DNA of 64,000 nt from a virus: the IMG/VR virus record IMGVR_UViG_2599185214_000003. The stretch is one strand, 5' to 3'. Positions 61,064-64,000 of the stretch are shown piece by piece. Below the pieces are notes generated by a model. That model did no database searches. It saw nothing but the letters and a program-made list of their open reading frames with translations, and was not told the DNA's origin. Position 1 is the first letter of the stretch, and each line of letters begins with the position of its first letter. A program made the translations under genes and the position numbers.

Positions 61064-61174
61064 TCAATTTTCGGGCGACTCGCCAGTCGGTTCACCTCCT
61101 CCCTCCCTCCTCCATTCCCGACTGGCCCGCGTGAGCGGCGCCCTCTTTTCTTCACTCCACACGAGCGAAACAAT

Positions 61175-62251
61175 ATGAGCGAGAACACCAAGATCGAGTG
61201 GGCCACCCACACCTTCAACCCCTGGGAAGGCTGCCAGAAGGTCGGCCCCGGCTGCGACAACTGCTACGCCGAGACGCGCAACGCGCGGTTCGCCGGCGGC
61301 CAGGCCATCAACTGGGGCCCGGGCGCGCCGCGGCGCCGCACCAGCGCCACCACCTGGAACCTGCCCCTGCGGTGGAACGCGCAGCACAGCTCCTTTTTCA
61401 TGCAGCACGGGCATCGCCAGCGCGTGTTCTGCGCGAGCCTGGCCGATTGGCTCGACAACGCCGTCGACATCGAATGGCTGGTCGACCTGCTGGGCCTGAT
61501 TCGCCGCACGCCGGATCTCGACTGGCTGCTGCTGTCGAAGCGGATCGGCAACTGGCGTGGCCGGCTGGAGGCAGCGGCGGAATGGCTCCGCGAGGGGCTG
61601 GCCACCGCCTCGGAAGAATCCGTCGCGCTGCTGCGCTGGATCGAGCGCTGGCTGGCAGGTGATGCCCCGACGAACGTCTGGCTCGGGTCCACCATCGTGA
61701 ACCCGGTGGAAGCCGACCGCGACGTCCCCAAGTTGCTGGCGACGCCGGCGCGCGTGCGGTTTCTGAGCATGGAGCCGCTCCTCGGGATGGTGAACCTGAC
61801 CGTCATCGACGTGGGCGGGCACGGCGAGATTTACCCGCTGCACGGCACCACCGGCTGCGAAGACGACGATGGCAACCCGATGCCCGACCTGCCGCGCATC
61901 GACTGGGTGATCGTCGGCGGCGAAAGCGGCCCGGGAGCGCGCCCCATGAACCCTGACTGGGCCCGCAGCCTGCGCCACCAATGCAACGCAGCGGGCGTGC
62001 CCTTCCTGTTCAAGCAATGGGGCGAGTGGGGGGAGGAGAGCTCCATCGAGCAGACTGGGCGTGCTCAGCATGGTTGGTGGGAGGCGGATCGGGCGGATGG
62101 CGGCGTGCCGCGGCATGAGTGGCCTGGCCCGATTCAGCGCGGCGTGGAGCTGGCATCGCTGCGGCCTGAGGTCTTCCGGGTCGGCAAGAAGGCCGCCGGC
62201 CGCCTGCTGGACGGCCGCGAATGGAACGAGGTGCCCCATGGCGCCGCCTGA
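61175..62251 (+). CDS. DUF5131 (phage gp37/gp68) radical-SAM-like protein
   Basis: TKIEWATHTFNPWEGCQKVGPGCDNCYA; FLSMEPLLG; IDWVIVGGESG; PFLFKQWG. Confidence 0.9.
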   Translation: MSENTKIEWATHTFNPWEGCQKVGPGCDNCYAETRNARFAGGQAINWGPGAPRRRTSATTWNLPLRWNAQHSSFFMQHGHRQRVFCASLADWLDNAVDIEWLVDLLGLIRRTPDLDWLLLSKRIGNWRGRLEAAAEWLREGLATASEESVALLRWIERWLAGDAPTNVWLGSTIVNPVEADRDVPKLLATPARVRFLSMEPLLGMVNLTVIDVGGHGEIYPLHGTTGCEDDDGNPMPDLPRIDWVIVGGESGPGARPMNPDWARSLRHQCNAAGVPFLFKQWGEWGEESSIEQTGRAQHGWWEADRADGGVPRHEWPGPIQRGVELASLRPEVFRVGKKAAGRLLDGREWNEVPHGAA

Positions 62252-63125
62252 ATTCGTGCGCGCCACCCCGCTGCGCGTGCACCGCGTATCGCCTGTAGCC
62301 GATGTCGCGCAGAAATCGCCTCAGGGCGATACGCGCGAGCTGCCGATCCTGTTCTCCGCGCCCATGGTGCGCGCGCTGCTCGACGGCACGAAGACGCAGA
62401 CGCGGCGCGTGATGAAGCGTCAGAAACAGCATGCGTTTACCGATTACACGCTTTTCGGGCAGCGTGGGCATCCGGACGACGAGGCCGCGCGCCGCGGCGG
62501 ATGGGCGCAACCGTGGGTAGCCATCGAGCATGCGCCCGATTGGCCGGACGGCAAACAAGACCAATGCCATTGCCCCTACGCACGAAAACGAGGCGACCGG
62601 CTGTGGGTACGCGAGACGCACTTCGCGTTCGGCCGCTGGGAGACGCGCTACAGCGCAAAGAAGCGCCGAGACGAATGGCACTTCGTGGACATGACCGTCG
62701 AGTGCGGCAAGACCTACCTGTACGGCGCCGACCATCCACACCCGCAGCCGCTTGCAGGCAAGCGCGATGGCGGGGTCACGCCCAAGTGGTGGAAGCGGCC
62801 GGCGATCTTCATGCCGCGCGCGGCCAGCCGCATCGACCTCGAAATCACGGACCTGCGAGTCCAACGCCTGCAGGACATCAGCGAAGAGGACGCTATCGCC
62901 GAAGGCGCCCAACTCCACGACGGGCTAGGCGTCGGCCACACCGGGTATCGCCACGACGGCCACGATGGCTTCGTGTGGGCCACGGCCAAGGCGTCGTACA
63001 TGCGCCTGTGGGAGCAGATTAACGGCCCCGACAGCTGGACCTTGAACCCTTGGGTATGGGCCGTGACCTTCCGGCGCGTGTTCGCCGGGGACTCTTCTTC
63101 CATCACCACGAAGGAGAACACATGA
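62238..63125 (+). CDS. ASCH/PUA-like phage protein (start uncertain)
   Basis: PILFSAPMVRALLDGTKTQTRR...GDRLWVRETH...RVQRLQDISEEDAIAEG...NPWVWAVTF. Confidence 0.75.
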   Translation: MAPPEFVRATPLRVHRVSPVADVAQKSPQGDTRELPILFSAPMVRALLDGTKTQTRRVMKRQKQHAFTDYTLFGQRGHPDDEAARRGGWAQPWVAIEHAPDWPDGKQDQCHCPYARKRGDRLWVRETHFAFGRWETRYSAKKRRDEWHFVDMTVECGKTYLYGADHPHPQPLAGKRDGGVTPKWWKRPAIFMPRAASRIDLEITDLRVQRLQDISEEDAIAEGAQLHDGLGVGHTGYRHDGHDGFVWATAKASYMRLWEQINGPDSWTLNPWVWAVTFRRVFAGDSSSITTKENT

Positions 63126-63661
63126 AGCGCACCGCTCACCTTTCGGCTTGCGGCACCTACCGCTGGACCCTCACCCGCACCTGGGACGAGCGCCCGGTCC
63201 TGCTGGTGTGCATGTTCAACCCCAGCGACGCGGACCACGAGATCGACGATCCGACCATCACGCTGGTCTGCCACATTGCCAGCCACAACGGCTTCGGCGG
63301 CGTGGTGGTCGTGAACATGTGCCCGCTGCGCAGCTCTGCGCCCGGCCGCGCCTTCGACATGCTCGACCGCTCGCAGGTCGACGGCGACCTCGAACTCCGC
63401 GCCATTCTGTGGAGAAACCTCGCGCTCATCGAAAAGGAAATGGACGCCGCTAGCGCCGTGTTGCTGGCCTGGGGCGCGATGGGCCACCGCGCTGGCGACT
63501 GGTGCTCGGCCACGCTCGGAGCCGTGCGCGACCACTGCCAGCACAAACCGGTCTACGTGATCGGCAAGTGCGCCAACGGGCATCCGAAGCACCCGTTGGC
63601 CCGCGGCAAGCACAAGGTCCCGAAAAACGCCCCACTTCTGGCTTGGAGCGATGCCCTATGA
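63122..63661 (+). CDS. DUF1643 family protein
   Basis: SACGTYRWTLTRTW...MFNPSDAD...DDPTI...AWG...GHPKHPL. Confidence 0.88.
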   Translation: MKRTAHLSACGTYRWTLTRTWDERPVLLVCMFNPSDADHEIDDPTITLVCHIASHNGFGGVVVVNMCPLRSSAPGRAFDMLDRSQVDGDLELRAILWRNLALIEKEMDAASAVLLAWGAMGHRAGDWCSATLGAVRDHCQHKPVYVIGKCANGHPKHPLARGKHKVPKNAPLLAWSDAL

Positions 63662-63948
63662 CATTCGATCTCTTTTCGGAACCGGGGCCGCCCGCAACAG
63701 TGCCGACGCCTGCTCCCGCGGCGGCGCCGTGCAACGAGCGGATTGCCTATCCCATGGAGCCCATCGGCCTGAACCGCTGGAGCTACAGGGGCGAGGTCAT
63801 CGTGTTCGACAGCCGTCGCGCCGAGGGCTCCCCGCTGGGCCGGTGGCGCACCGTCGAAGGCATCGGCCTGCCGGTGCTGCACAGCGACGACCGGGCGGCC
63901 GTGTGCCGCGGAATCGACGCGCGCCTCGATGCGGGGTGCTCGCCTTGA
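63658..63948 (+). CDS. Hypothetical phage protein
   Basis: 96 aa from ATG 63658, coupled to the upstream stop. Confidence 0.55.
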   Translation: MTFDLFSEPGPPATVPTPAPAAAPCNERIAYPMEPIGLNRWSYRGEVIVFDSRRAEGSPLGRWRTVEGIGLPVLHSDDRAAVCRGIDARLDAGCSP

Positions 63949-64000
63949 GCTGCCGGGACATCCTCATCGCGGCAATGCCGGGAACCCAGGCGCAGCTGGC

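Larger units (their letters stand above)
1..64000. mobile_element. Temperate prophage, podovirus-like; the right end is outside the window
   Basis: Contiguous lysis, virion, portal, terminase, nin/replication, cro/cI and recombination modules with overlapping start/stop codons. No integrase or att site seen. Confidence 0.93.

Overview
The window is almost entirely one GC-rich temperate prophage. It looks podovirus-like: N4-gp56-type major capsid protein, no tape measure, tail tube or sheath, and large ejection-type proteins. The host is probably a betaproteobacterium (inferred from composition and gene types). Left to right: SRAP and nucleoside 2-deoxyribosyltransferase cargo (+); lysis cassette; a 3127-aa polyvalent virion protein; ejection, tail, head and packaging genes (-); an initiator-type tRNA-Met followed by several structured non-coding RNAs; nin, replication and methylase genes (-); cro/cI switch; early recombination and accessory genes (+). 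No integrase or att site is visible. Main unexplained signals: (1) a ~210-nt structured RNA with its own promoter, convergent on a stand-alone BECR-like RNase gene; (2) a CsrA-like gene in the virion operon plus a GGA-rich RNA segment; (3) two tRNA-like RNAs behind tRNA-Met and a separate ~240-nt structured RNA; (4) eight copies of a late-promoter motif (CCCTGTAGGG-N24-nAnnnT), three of which start leaderless mRNAs. All family calls come from motif recognition by eye; no database search was run.
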